A stretch of DNA of 64,000 bases from an uncultured Alphaproteobacteria bacterium (GTDB lineage: Bacteria > Pseudomonadota > Alphaproteobacteria > RF32 > CAG-239): positions 1,895 through 65,894 of the forward strand of contig CALXUP010000006.1 in the NCBI GenBank assembly GCA_944391715.1. Reading direction: 5' to 3'. Positions 1 through 9,202 of this stretch are shown in pieces (position 1 is the first letter of the stretch; every line of letters begins with the position of its first letter). The position numbers and the translations under genes are program-made. The notes below the pieces were generated by a model. The model searched no databases. It saw nothing but the letters and a program-made list of their open reading frames with translations, and was not told where the DNA came from.

Positions 1-1301
1 TGAACAAACAAAGCATCAGGCGGCGCACCGGCTCCGGCATCTTTGACATAGGCCTCATAATTGCTCCAGAGTTCGGCGCTGTCTTGTCCGACGCCGACAG
101 CAAGATCGCGATACAAGCCGACTTTCAAACCGGCATCTTTGACCGCCTTGGCGACTTCATCATACTGGCGGGCAGCCTCAAACTGCAGATATTTGAAAAA
201 GCCGACGCGTTTCTCGTGCTCTTTGGCAAATTCTTTAATGGCCAGAGAATTCGGGTTGCGTAATTTTTCATCCCAGGCTTTCCATCCGCCCCAGACCGTT
301 TTGGTCTTTTCTTCGTACAAAGCCTGATATACGGCCAGGCGCTCCAATTCCGTCCCCTGCTCTTTGCAAAAGGTTTTGAACTCCGCCATTCTTGCCGATT
401 TTTTGTCTTTTAACAAACGGTCATACATTTTTTCCAGCAAGCGGATTTTCAAATTATAAACGCCGGGGTAATCTATCAGCTCGGCATTGCGCAGGCCGGC
501 GATTTCACCCTGCAGGACGGCAATATCTTCCGGGTTAAACTCGGGAACCTGCTCAATATCAATGTATATCGGGTTTAAGAACAAACGGCTGATTGCACAA
601 TAGGGGCTGCAATTCTCAGGGTAATCGTGCGATAAAACGTTCAGCGGGTTCAGGCCGATGATGTCTGCACCGGCGCGGGAAGCAATCCAGACCAGATTTT
701 TCAAATCGGTAAAGTCGCCGACGCCCCAGTTGCGCTCGCTCCTGACCGAATACAGCTGAACGGCAAAACCCCAGAGTTTGTTTTTTTCCAAAGCCTCGTT
801 ATGATAACAATGCTGCGGGGCAACGGCCAGGGTTGTTTTGTATTTTTTACCGCCGAGGCTGACTTCGGCATCATAATACCCAACCTCCAAATCGGCTTTT
901 AACAACAATTCCAGACGGCTGTATACCGTTTTGCCGATTTCTCTTTCTTCTCCGGTGATGACAACATCCAGCGGAATGGAAAACTCGCTGTCGGTATTTT
1001 GGTATTTTAAGTTAATCCGGGCATTATCTATGCTTGTCGGAACCGGAACGACAATATCCAGCCTGATGCTGCCCTGCTCGCAGACATATATATTTTCCAG
1101 AGCTTTCTGCCAGCGTTTGCGTCCGATTTTTTCCAAAGAGGCATTGATTTCGGCATCGCTGCCGGCCTTATATCCGAAACTCTCGGCAAAAAAGCGGATG
1201 ACGCTTTCGGGAGGGTAATAGTCTTTTTTGCAAATGCCCGCGTCGCTAAATTTGGTCAGAATCCCCAATTTGTCAGCCAGCTGTTGAAGATTGTCCTGCA
1301 T
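1..1301 (-). CDS. malQ: 4-alpha-glucanotransferase (amylomaltase, GH77), C-terminally truncated by the window edge
   Basis: Minus-strand ORF starting at ATG 1299-1301 (revcomp ...ggagggatcATGcaggac) and running off the window start, so absent from the ORF track. Translation MQDNLQQLADKLGILTKF...WGFAVQLYSVRSERNWGVGDFTDL...GLNPLN matches amylomaltase N-terminal signatures. Lies directly downstream of glgX. Confidence 0.8.
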   Translation of the reverse strand, partial: MQDNLQQLADKLGILTKFSDAGICKKDYYPPESVIRFFAESFGYKAGSDAEINASLEKIGRKRWQKALENIYVCEQGSIRLDIVVPVPTSIDNARINLKYQNTDSEFSIPLDVVITGEEREIGKTVYSRLELLLKADLEVGYYDAEVSLGGKKYKTTLAVAPQHCYHNEALEKNKLWGFAVQLYSVRSERNWGVGDFTDLKNLVWIASRAGADIIGLNPLNVLSHDYPENCSPYCAISRLFLNPIYIDIEQVPEFNPEDIAVLQGEIAGLRNAELIDYPGVYNLKIRLLEKMYDRLLKDKKSARMAEFKTFCKEQGTELERLAVYQALYEEKTKTVWGGWKAWDEKLRNPNSLAIKEFAKEHEKRVGFFKYLQFEAARQYDEVAKAVKDAGLKVGLYRDLAVGVGQDSAELWSNYEAYVKDAGAGAPPDALFV

Positions 1302-1309
1302 GATCCCTC

Positions 1310-3388
1310 CTATTTTTTGATTTCAAAAAGCAATACGCTCCAGGCCGGAACGGTGATGACTTTTTTGGATTTAATGTCTGTCCGGGCGTTAAATTTGTCT
1401 GAGCTGTCGAGCAGAAGCTGCCATTTCAGCTTGTTGTCCAGATTAGGCAGTTTCCATTCTATCTCCGATGAGCCGGCGTTTAAGATACAGAAAATGTAAC
1501 TTGTTCCGTCATAAATGCTGTAAGCCAGAAAACGGCGGTCAGGCATCTGCCAGTCGGCAACCGAAAATTCTTCTCCCTTTTCGGTATACCAGGTCAGGTC
1601 TTTGATTTTGCTGCCGTCTACCGGTTCGCCTTTAAAGAATTTGCGGCGCAGGAAAATACTCAGGCGGCGGCGCAGCTTTATCAGCCGGCGGGTGAATTTG
1701 GCAAGCTCTTTGCCGCGTTTGCTTATCCCCTCCCAGGTTATCCAGGTGATGGCATTGTCCTGGCAATAGGGGTTATTGTTTCCCATCTGAGTATGGGCAA
1801 ATTCATCACCGGCAACCATCATCGGCGTGCCAAAGGACAAAAGCAGTGTTGCCAACATGGCTTTGGCTCTGGCATAGCGGTTTGCCCGAATAGTCTGGTT
1901 GGCGGTTTCGCCCTCCTGCCCGGAATTCCAGCTCCAGTTGGAATCTGTTCCGTCGCGGTTATCTTCGCCGTTGGCCTCATTGTGCTTATGATTATAGCTG
2001 ACCAAGTCGCGCAGGCAAAAACCGTCGTGTGCGGTTATAAAATTGACACTACTCCAGATATCACGGTTATTATGGCCGAAGACATCGCTTGAACCTGCAA
2101 GCCGGCTGGCCAGCTCGCCAATCTGATATTTGTCGCCTTTCCAGAAACGGCGGATGACATCGCGGTATTTGTCATTCCATTCCGCCCAGCCCGGAGGAAA
2201 CGCCCCGACCTGATAACCACCGATACCGACATCCCACGGTTCGGCAATCAATTTGACTTTTTTCAAAACGGGATCCTGCGCGACGGCATATAAAAATCCG
2301 CAATGCGAACTTACCGTCGTTTTATAGCGGCAGAGCGTCGGTGCAAGGTCAAAGCGGAAACCGTCAATATGAAACTCTTCTACCCAATAGCGGAGGGAAT
2401 CCATAACCAGTTTCAACACCTGCGGGTTCTGAATATTAAACGAAGCCCCGCAGCCGGTGCTGTCATAATAGTAACGTTTGTTTTCCTGCTGCAGCGTATA
2501 ATAACTGGCATTATCAATACCGCGATAGCACAAAGTCGGCCCAAGCTGGTTGCCCTCGCCGGTATGATTAAACACCACATCCATCAGGACTTCAATACCG
2601 TTTTGGTGCAGCGTTTTGACCAGCTGCTTAATCTCGTTCAGATTATGAGAGTAAAGATATGTCTGCTCCGGGGCAAAAAAGCTATAGCTCTCGTAGCCCC
2701 AGTAATTGTCTTTGATATAGCCTTTTTTATGCCGGTTGCCAAAGAAAGCGTGCAACGGCAAAAATTCTACCGCCGTAATGCCCAGCCATTTCAGATAGCT
2801 GATGACAACATTCTCGTTCATCCCGGCAAAAGTGCCACGCTTTTTATCCGGGATTTGCGGGTGCAGTTTTGTATAGCCTTTTAAATGCGTTTCATAAATT
2901 ACCGAGGTTTCAAATTTATGGTTCGGCGGAGTATCATCTTCCCAGTCGAAGTCGTCTTGCGTTACTACGGATTTCGGCACATAAGGCGCGCTGTCGAGCG
3001 GGCTGAAAGACAAGTCTTTTTGCGGGCTGTCAACGTCATAACCGAAGATGGCCTTATTCCAGATTAATTTTCCGGTCAGGCGGCGGCCGTAAGGGTCGAT
3101 CAACAATTTGTTCGGATTAAAACGGTGTCCTTCCAATGGTTTGTACGGCCCGTAAACACGGTAGCCGTAAACCTGCCCCGGTTTGACGCCCGGAAGATAA
3201 ATATGCCAGATATTATTGTCATTTTCCAAAATGGCAAAGCGGGCGGTTTCCTCCGTTCCGGCATCATTAAAAAGGCAGAGTTCCACCTTTTCGGCATTGG
3301 CTGAAAACAGGGCAAAATTCACCCCTTCGCCGTCATAATGCGCGCCTAACGGATAGGGGCTGCCGTCGCGGGGATGAATTTTTGCCAT
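1310..3388 (-). CDS. glgX: glycogen debranching enzyme GlgX (GH13)
   Basis: 692 aa. N-terminus ...PLGAHYDGEGVNFALFSANAEKVELCLF...NPNKLLIDPY is typical of GlgX. GH13 catalytic regions (GFRFDLA, EPWD). Position between glgB and malQ. Confidence 0.9.
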   Translation of the reverse strand: MAKIHPRDGSPYPLGAHYDGEGVNFALFSANAEKVELCLFNDAGTEETARFAILENDNNIWHIYLPGVKPGQVYGYRVYGPYKPLEGHRFNPNKLLIDPYGRRLTGKLIWNKAIFGYDVDSPQKDLSFSPLDSAPYVPKSVVTQDDFDWEDDTPPNHKFETSVIYETHLKGYTKLHPQIPDKKRGTFAGMNENVVISYLKWLGITAVEFLPLHAFFGNRHKKGYIKDNYWGYESYSFFAPEQTYLYSHNLNEIKQLVKTLHQNGIEVLMDVVFNHTGEGNQLGPTLCYRGIDNASYYTLQQENKRYYYDSTGCGASFNIQNPQVLKLVMDSLRYWVEEFHIDGFRFDLAPTLCRYKTTVSSHCGFLYAVAQDPVLKKVKLIAEPWDVGIGGYQVGAFPPGWAEWNDKYRDVIRRFWKGDKYQIGELASRLAGSSDVFGHNNRDIWSSVNFITAHDGFCLRDLVSYNHKHNEANGEDNRDGTDSNWSWNSGQEGETANQTIRANRYARAKAMLATLLLSFGTPMMVAGDEFAHTQMGNNNPYCQDNAITWITWEGISKRGKELAKFTRRLIKLRRRLSIFLRRKFFKGEPVDGSKIKDLTWYTEKGEEFSVADWQMPDRRFLAYSIYDGTSYIFCILNAGSSEIEWKLPNLDNKLKWQLLLDSSDKFNARTDIKSKKVITVPAWSVLLFEIKK

Positions 3389-3412
3389 TATGTTTTCTCC
3401 TTTCGGATAAGA

Positions 3413-5605
3413 TTATTCTCTTATCGGTTTGATAACGATTGTCGACAAGGCCGGCAGTACGACTTCAATCGAATATTCTTTGCCGTTGGCCGGAATGTCG
3501 CTCGCCTGCATAAAGCCCTCGTTCTTGACGCCGCTGCCCCAGTAATTGACATCGTCGCTGTTAAAGATTTCCTGATATTTTATCCGCTCATGAACGCCGA
3601 CGCGGAAATCGTGCCGAACAACCGGCGTGAAGTTGCAGATAACAATCATATAGTCGCCGGGCGTCGAGCCTTTGCGCATATAAGAAATTACACTGTCGTC
3701 GGCGTTGCTGTGATCAATCCACTCAAAACCGCGATAGTCAAAATCAACCTCATAAAAGGCCGGATTGCCTTTGTACATATAGTTCAAATCGCGGACGCAG
3801 TTTTGCATTCCCTTATACATCGGGTATTGCAGCAGATGCCACCGCAGGCTCTCTTCCGAGTTCCATTCCCAATCCTGGCCAAACTCGCAGCCCATAAACA
3901 AAAGCTTTTTGCCCGGGTGGGTATACATAAAGCCGTAATATGCCCTCAGGTTGGCAAACTTCTGCCATTCATCACCCGGCATTTTGGACAACATAGAACC
4001 TTTGCCGTGAACAACCTCGTCATGCGAAATCGGCAGAATGAAATTTTCATTAAAGGCATAAAGCAGACCAAATGTCAGCATTCCATGGTGGAACCTTCTA
4101 TATATCGGGTCTTTGCTCATATATTTCAAGGTATCGTTCATCCAGCCCATATTCCACTTGTATCCGAAACCGAGACCGCCCATTGTTGTCGGGCGGGAAA
4201 CCATCGGCCAAGCCGTGGACTCTTCAGCGCAGGTAAACGCCCCTTTGTTCTGACCGTAAACCAGCTCGTTCATCCGGCGCAGGAAAGAGATGGCTTCCAG
4301 GTTCTCGTTGCCGCCGTAAATATTGGGAATCCATTCGCCGTTTTTACGGGAATAATCCAGATACAGCATTGAGGCAACGGCATCAACGCGCAGCCCGTCG
4401 ATATGAAATTCCTTGAGCCAGTACAACGCGCTTGCGCACAAGAAGTTGCAAACTTCTGTCCGGCCGTAGTTATAAATTTTTGTTCCCCAGTCGGAATGTT
4501 CGCCTTTGCGCGGGTCGGCGTGTTCATACAAATGTGTGCCGTCAAACTCGTTTAACCCGTGGCCGTCTTTCGGGAAATGCGCCGGAACCCAGTCCATAAT
4601 TACGGCAATGTTTGCCTCGTGGAATTTATCAATCAAATAACGCAGGTCGTCCGGCGTGCCGAAACGGCTGGTCGGAGAAAACATTCCGACAACCTGATAG
4701 CCCCAGGAAGAATCCAACGGGTGTTCCGTCAGCGGCATAAACTCGACATGAGTAAAGCCCATATTGCTGACATAAGGCACCAGCGTATCCGCCAATTCGC
4801 GGTAGGTCAAAAATTCGTTGCCGTCTTTACGACGCCATGAACCGAGGTGAACCTCGTAAATCGACATCGGCTTGTCAAAACTGTTGTGCTCTTCGCGATA
4901 GTTCATCCAGCCGTCGTCATTCCAATGATACTTCGACTCATAAACAACCGAAGCGGTATTCGGGCGTTTTTCAGACCAGAAAGCTACCGGATCAGATTTG
5001 ACCAGAATATAGTCTTCCTGCGTTTTGACTTCGTATTTATAAAGCTCGCCTTCTTTGAGGCCGGGGATAAAAATATCCCAGACGCCGCAGGTCGGATGTT
5101 TGCGCATAACATGGGCGCGGCCGTCCCAATTGTTAAAGCCGCCGACAACACTGACACGCTTGGCGTTCGGTGCCCAGACGGCGAATCCAACGCCTTTGAT
5201 GCCGTTCATTTCCATAACATGGGCGCCGAGTTTTTTATACATTTCAAGGTGGTTGCCCTCTGCCAGAAGATAGACGTCAATATCGCCTAAGACAGAAGGG
5301 AATCTGTATTCATCTTCTTTGAGGTAAAACTGTCCGAGGTCGTTTTCAATCCGAAAGCGATATGGAAAATTATCAACAGCTCCGACATTGATTTGGAAAA
5401 ATCCGCGATCATCAAGTTTGGTTAAAAATCCGAGCGAGGAATCATCATATTTGAGCAGTTCAACCGACTTGGCATGCGGCTGATATGTGCGGATAAAAAC
5501 CTCTTTGCTGCCCTTGTCTTTGTGGATGCCCAAAACGGCAAAAACATTGCCGTGATTGCCGGTTATAACCGCTTCCATTTCTTCTTTAGATAATAAATTT
5601 TCCAT
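3413..5605 (-). CDS. glgB: 1,4-alpha-glucan branching enzyme GlgB
   Basis: 730 aa. Branching-enzyme signatures (GFTHVEFMPL, IDGLRVDAVASMLY, GGLGFGYKWNMGWMND). Size and domain order are typical. Confidence 0.9.
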   Translation of the reverse strand: MENLLSKEEMEAVITGNHGNVFAVLGIHKDKGSKEVFIRTYQPHAKSVELLKYDDSSLGFLTKLDDRGFFQINVGAVDNFPYRFRIENDLGQFYLKEDEYRFPSVLGDIDVYLLAEGNHLEMYKKLGAHVMEMNGIKGVGFAVWAPNAKRVSVVGGFNNWDGRAHVMRKHPTCGVWDIFIPGLKEGELYKYEVKTQEDYILVKSDPVAFWSEKRPNTASVVYESKYHWNDDGWMNYREEHNSFDKPMSIYEVHLGSWRRKDGNEFLTYRELADTLVPYVSNMGFTHVEFMPLTEHPLDSSWGYQVVGMFSPTSRFGTPDDLRYLIDKFHEANIAVIMDWVPAHFPKDGHGLNEFDGTHLYEHADPRKGEHSDWGTKIYNYGRTEVCNFLCASALYWLKEFHIDGLRVDAVASMLYLDYSRKNGEWIPNIYGGNENLEAISFLRRMNELVYGQNKGAFTCAEESTAWPMVSRPTTMGGLGFGYKWNMGWMNDTLKYMSKDPIYRRFHHGMLTFGLLYAFNENFILPISHDEVVHGKGSMLSKMPGDEWQKFANLRAYYGFMYTHPGKKLLFMGCEFGQDWEWNSEESLRWHLLQYPMYKGMQNCVRDLNYMYKGNPAFYEVDFDYRGFEWIDHSNADDSVISYMRKGSTPGDYMIVICNFTPVVRHDFRVGVHERIKYQEIFNSDDVNYWGSGVKNEGFMQASDIPANGKEYSIEVVLPALSTIVIKPIRE

Positions 5606-5819
5606 AAATATACCTCGTATAAAATACTAAAAAATCAGATTAAAAAACCTTCAGATTTATCTATAAAATTTATTGATGATTTTTGCAACAATTTTAATGC
5701 AGAAATTAAGTTTATTTTGCAAATTTAACAAATTCAAACTTTTAGATATTGACGTATAAAATTTTACGTATATATTAATTGGTGATTGGTAAAAAATTTA
5801 ATTTTTCAGGAGTTATATT

Positions 5820-6062
5820 ATGGCAAATAATTATAATGAAAATGCAATCAGAGAAGCTGCTTACTACATCTGGCAAAATTCCGGATGCCCGTCCGGTATG
5901 GAAAGCCAGCACTGGGCTATGGCTATTGAGCAGTTGTATCATACAAACAGCAAAAGCTCTTGCTCTTCCAGCAAAAAATGCTCTTCTTCGTCTTGCAAAA
6001 AAACTTCTTCCGCAAGCTCGAAAAAAAGCAGCAGCTCTTCTTCTAAAAAGACTTCAAAATAG
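5820..6062 (+). CDS. DUF2934-family small protein with Ser/Lys-rich low-complexity C-terminal tail
   Basis: RBS caggag 8 nt upstream. N-terminus IREAAYYIWQNSGCPSGMESQHWAMAIEQL matches the DUF2934 motif (AYxIWExxGxPxGxxxxxWxxAE). Tail SSKKCSSSSCKKTSSASSKKSSSSSSKK. The overlapping ORF 5779..6072 in another frame is considered spurious. Confidence 0.55.
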   Translation: MANNYNENAIREAAYYIWQNSGCPSGMESQHWAMAIEQLYHTNSKSSCSSSKKCSSSSCKKTSSASSKKSSSSSSKKTSK

Positions 6063-6299
6063 TTTTTCTTAGAGGCAAAATTGTTTGGTAAAAATGTCCG
6101 GTTATATCCCGGGCATTTTTATTTCCTCCGCTCTGAATTCATCCTTTATTTTTTTCTTTCTGTTTTTTTGTTTTGTTTTTTCTTTGAGATATTTCTTTAT
6201 GTTACTTTTTGAGTGCCAAAAAAATTTTTTCTTCCTGTTTTTTATTTATTTTCTTTATGTTACTTTTGTCATGTAACAAAAGTAACCAAAAATACTAGC

Positions 6300-6700
6300 C
6301 CTAAACTCGTTTTCTAAGTCTTCGTGAAAAAGTTCAGGCCGTCTAAGCACAAGGCTAAGACGGCAAGAAAGCACATAGTGCTTTTAATTTCCTCTTTTTC
6401 ACAAAGACTAAGAAGTACTCGTTAAAGGGCGGGTCAACTCCCCCGCCCCTCAGGCTTGAGGGGAGTAGTGCTTCAATTTCGGTTTTTGCTTTCAAACCTA
6501 AGCTATTCGCAAAGGATACCCAGTTGTGCCGGACGAGCGATTGTGCATTAAAGTTTTTGTCATTGCCGGACTTGATCCGGCAATCCACAGGCGACGGCCT
6601 GAGCGGTCAGTTGTTAACATTATGCCTTAGAGACCGCGTTGCTCCATTGTTTTCCACGGTCAAGATTGTACTTTGAAGGTTGGATCCCCGGGGATGGCTG
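6300..6700. repeat. hairpin-rich intergenic repeat island (convergent-terminator region); shares three ordered sequence blocks with the island at 52495-53050
   Basis: Palindromes ggccgtctaagc..gctaagacggc, gggcggg..cccgccc, cccctca..tgagggg. 28 bp gtcattgccggacttgatccggcaatcc (6559-6586) is identical to 52504-52531. Blocks gaccgcgttgctcc (6632-6645) and tggatccccgggg (6681-6693) recur at 52808-52821 and 52857-52869. Confidence 0.55.
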
Positions 6701-6704
6701 AAAA

Positions 6705-8024
6705 TCATATTTTACGGACAGAAATAATCCAGCCGAAGACAGGTTCTCCGTTTTCATAACGCAAAATTTCTTCTTTGACTTTTTCAAGACGGAATCCGTT
6801 TCTTTGCAAAATATGCGTTATATATCCCCAGCTATGAACAAAGCGACCGCTGGCATGCAGAAAATAATCGCGTTCGTTTATCCGGTTTTGCGATATGGAA
6901 AAAATCGCCCGACCGCCTTTTTTCAGTGCCTGGTTCATTTTGGCAAAAAGGGAATCCAAATTGCCGAAATAAATAAAGACATCGGCAGCGGTGATTAAAT
7001 CCAGGCAGGAGATTTTATCATTCAAAAAATGTAAAATATCACCACAAAATAATTTGGAATAAATATTTTTCTGTTGGGCTTTTTTTAACATTCCGGCAGA
7101 CAAATCGACCCCGTAAATATGCCCTTTGCCGACATATCCCGTCAGATATTCCCCGACCAGTCCGGTGCCGCACCCTAAATCTAAAATTTCCAGGTTTCGA
7201 AAGATTTTCCAGCCGTAAAACCGTTTCAAAAAAGCATTAATATATTCCGGGACACGATACTCCAAATTGCGCAGCGACTCTTCAAAAGAATCCGCAAAAT
7301 AATCAAAAACTTTTTGGATATAAGAGGCATCGGAAATTTTAGCCGAGACATCGTTTTTCAGCGCTGCGACGGCGTATTTGACAATCGGATTTTCCGGAAA
7401 AGAATCCAACCACTGTTCGGCATAGGGCATAACCTTTTCCATTCCGGCTGCCGTTCCGATTTCATAAAGTGCATAGGCGTAATTTATATGCTGGGAATCT
7501 TCTCCGCTGCTGGCTTTTACTGCCCGGAATCCATAATCAAGCGCTTTATCATAATCGCCTGTTTTTTCCGAGCATTGTTCCATATAGTTCAAGGCCCAAA
7601 AGACATCCGGATTGAGGTTGAGCACGCGTTCCAGATATCGTTTGGAATCTTCATACCGTCCCTGTTCAAAATAAACGGCTCCCAGAATCAAGAGCGTATC
7701 AATGCTGTCAGGGTTGGTCTTTAATATCTGGTTGGCTTTGGTAATGGCCGCCGCATAGCGTTTGCAGGCGAAATCAACATTCAAAAGGTTGATATTGACC
7801 ATTTCGGAATTCGGAACCAGTGTCCAGGCATTGCGATAATAACTTTCGGCCTTTTCATAATCTCCGAGCATAAAATAAGCACTGCCGCAATCACACAATA
7901 AATCGGCATTGTTCGGCACGGTCTTTAATCCGCTCAGGGCATAGTGAATCGTGCGCGGATAATCGCCGCTATGATAAGCCTCAAGCGCCAGGGTATGATA
8001 ATCTTTTTGTTCCGTATTTTCCAT
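6705..8024 (-). CDS. TPR-repeat protein fused to class I SAM-dependent methyltransferase domain
   Basis: 439 aa. N-terminal TPR-like repeats (AYHSGDY, GDYEKAESYYRNA, GRYEDSKRYLERVLNLNP). C-terminal Rossmann MTase motif I ILDLGCGTGLVGEYL followed by the acidic DVFIYFG motif II region. Confidence 0.75.
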   Translation of the reverse strand: MENTEQKDYHTLALEAYHSGDYPRTIHYALSGLKTVPNNADLLCDCGSAYFMLGDYEKAESYYRNAWTLVPNSEMVNINLLNVDFACKRYAAAITKANQILKTNPDSIDTLLILGAVYFEQGRYEDSKRYLERVLNLNPDVFWALNYMEQCSEKTGDYDKALDYGFRAVKASSGEDSQHINYAYALYEIGTAAGMEKVMPYAEQWLDSFPENPIVKYAVAALKNDVSAKISDASYIQKVFDYFADSFEESLRNLEYRVPEYINAFLKRFYGWKIFRNLEILDLGCGTGLVGEYLTGYVGKGHIYGVDLSAGMLKKAQQKNIYSKLFCGDILHFLNDKISCLDLITAADVFIYFGNLDSLFAKMNQALKKGGRAIFSISQNRINERDYFLHASGRFVHSWGYITHILQRNGFRLEKVKEEILRYENGEPVFGWIISVRKI

Positions 8025-8071
8025 TTTTCCACACTTGTTTTTATTATAATTTCCCTCTGGTTAAAACTTGA

Positions 8072-8302
8072 TTAATTCCGGCACAGGTCAAGCTGCCTCT
8101 TGAGCTTTTCCAACCGGCCGATCCATTCCCAGGTGTTTTTGAACTTCTCATATTCTGCCTGTTCCAACTCTGTCGCCACCTTGCTGCCTGCCAGCGGGAA
8201 CATCGGGCAGAGTTCAGAGTTGTCCGCGGCGCATGAGCTCAAGCAAAGCATCACGCTCAAGATTAGGCGTTGATGCGATTTTGCGATATTGCGACGAAAC
8301 AT
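8072..8302 (-). CDS. o-spanin (Rz1-like outer-membrane lipoprotein), overlapping the i-spanin gene in another frame
   Basis: 76 aa. Signal peptide MFRRNIAKSHQRLILSVMLCLSSC with lipobox LSSC. Its 5' end overlaps the 3' end of ORF 8214..8420 by ~90 nt in a different frame, the classic Rz/Rz1 arrangement. Confidence 0.5.
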   Translation of the reverse strand: MFRRNIAKSHQRLILSVMLCLSSCAADNSELCPMFPLAGSKVATELEQAEYEKFKNTWEWIGRLEKLKRQLDLCRN

Positions 8303-8420
8303 ATTTTACGACCTCGATTTCTTTGGTTACGGTTTGAACGCGGCAATGACTGCGGCCGAGAAAATAACTCAGCACGCAAGCCGCTATTATGCCGAAAAGG
8401 TTAAAAATATTTCTGCTCAC
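8214..8420 (-). CDS. i-spanin (Rz-like) candidate, GTG start coupled to the upstream gene
   Basis: GTG at 8420-8418 overlaps the TGA of the upstream small gene (GTGA). Product MSRNIFNLFGIIAACVLSYFLGRSH... has an N-terminal TM helix then a charged periplasmic segment. It overlaps the embedded lipoprotein gene. Confidence 0.45.
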   Translation of the reverse strand: MSRNIFNLFGIIAACVLSYFLGRSHCRVQTVTKEIEVVKYVSSQYRKIASTPNLERDALLELMRRGQL

Positions 8421-8554
8421 AGTCCGGCTCCCAGCAATAATAAGAATGCCCGGGCAACGTTTTCGGCATATTGCGGACAGAAAAAAGAAACCGCTGCAAG
8501 CGTCAGGAAAGCGCCCCAAATCATTAGTTTTTTGATATTTTTCAGTCTTTTCAT
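8417..8554 (-). CDS. 45-aa single-TM protein (holin or antiholin candidate), translationally coupled on both sides
   Basis: ATGA overlap with the stop of 8551..8796. Product MKRLKNIKKLMIWGAFLTLAAVSFFCPQYAENVARAFLLLLGAGL. Too short for the ORF track. The first ATG in the ORF-track frame 8214..8519 gives an implausible N-terminus, which supports this frame. Confidence 0.35.
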   Translation of the reverse strand: MKRLKNIKKLMIWGAFLTLAAVSFFCPQYAENVARAFLLLLGAGL

Positions 8555-8796
8555 TTTTTGCCTCTCATTTTATTTTCACGAAAAATCAAATCTAATTTGA
8601 CTTCGATTTTGGTCAGGATTTTGTTTTGTTCGTTAATCGACGTGGTTAAATTCTCCAGGCGGATGTCCTGCTTGTCAAAATTTTGCTCAACCTTGTCGAC
8701 TCTGGTTTCAATATTTCCCTGCCAGCGTCCGATACGGATAAAATTGACAACAACGCCGCACAGTGCCGCCAGTCCGGCAACCAATCCCCAATCCAT
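8551..8796 (-). CDS. phage membrane protein with N-terminal TM helix and coiled-coil region (part of lysis cassette)
   Basis: RBS gaggag + ATG (MDWGLVAGLAALCGVVVNFI...) directly after a terminator hairpin. 81 aa; heptad-like VDKVEQNFDKQDIRLENLTTSINEQNKILTKIEV. Confidence 0.45.
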   Translation of the reverse strand: MDWGLVAGLAALCGVVVNFIRIGRWQGNIETRVDKVEQNFDKQDIRLENLTTSINEQNKILTKIEVKLDLIFRENKMRGKK

Positions 8797-8815
8797 GCTT
8801 TTTCTCCTCAAAAAA

Positions 8816-8834
8816 AGCGGGCTATGCGCCCGCT
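8816..8834 (-). terminator. rho-independent terminator (hairpin + T-run on minus strand)
   Basis: agcgggc-tatg-gcccgct stem-loop, followed on the minus strand by TTTTTTT. It overlaps the last codons of 8822..9202. Confidence 0.5.
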
Positions 8835-9202
8835 TCTCCTTCATTGCTTTCGGAAGTTTCTTCCGGTTTCGGATAGTCATCTTTTACCTTTTTTCTGGCC
8901 AGAAAAAAGGTTGACGTTTTTGCCTCTTCACCAAACAATCCGGCATTTATGTCATGATAGAGCTTATCAAGCTGTTCCGTTACGTCGGGATAGGCCTGTC
9001 GGCGTTCTTCCGCATAGTCATAGGGCTTTTCCGGCTCCTCGCCCTTGAAATACATTTTGCCGTTCCAGGCGGTGATGACTTCTCTTTCCGTCGGCTGTAT
9101 CGAATCCAAAACCAGACCGCAGGCAAAAGCCCCGTCCCGTACGGCTTCGGCATCGCTGCCGGAAAGTTTGATTTCATTATTAATTAATCCGATATAAATC
9201 AT
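8822..9202 (-). CDS. hypothetical phage protein (possibly tail-fibre assembly/chaperone)
   Basis: 126 aa, acidic C-terminus. Sits downstream of the tail fibre genes, the usual Tfa position. No diagnostic motif seen. Confidence 0.35.
   Translation of the reverse strand: MIYIGLINNEIKLSGSDAEAVRDGAFACGLVLDSIQPTEREVITAWNGKMYFKGEEPEKPYDYAEERRQAYPDVTEQLDKLYHDINAGLFGEEAKTSTFFLARKKVKDDYPKPEETSESNEGEAGA

Noticed and set aside
3374-4372. 332-aa plus-strand ORF
   Set aside because: Entirely antisense to glgB, which has strong family signatures. The same reasoning rejects other long antisense ORFs: 2303..2884 in glgX, 55386..56108 and 56223..57095 in rne, 61818..63005 and 60378..61019 in secA, 49339..50361 and 50998..51771 in mrcA, 36699..37607 in galE, 37953..38618 in the MBL hydrolase, 63415..63939 in the PPIase, and 9713..11083 in the tail fibre.
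6085-6276. 63-aa poly-Phe ORF
   Set aside because: It lies in a T-rich low-complexity tract between convergent genes. Extreme composition and no RBS make it non-coding.
8030-8075. attL/attR direct repeat of the tRNA-Leu 3' end at the far prophage boundary
   Set aside because: By-eye search of 6.3-8.1 kb found only a 10 bp chance match (acggcctgag at about 6595). No convincing att repeat. Needs computational confirmation.
8214-8519. ORF-track start for the i-spanin frame (MGRFPDACSGFFF...)
   Set aside because: The N-terminal 30 codons of that frame overlap a far more protein-like 45-aa TM ORF in another frame (8417..8554) that is translationally coupled to its neighbours. The spanin more plausibly starts at GTG 8420.
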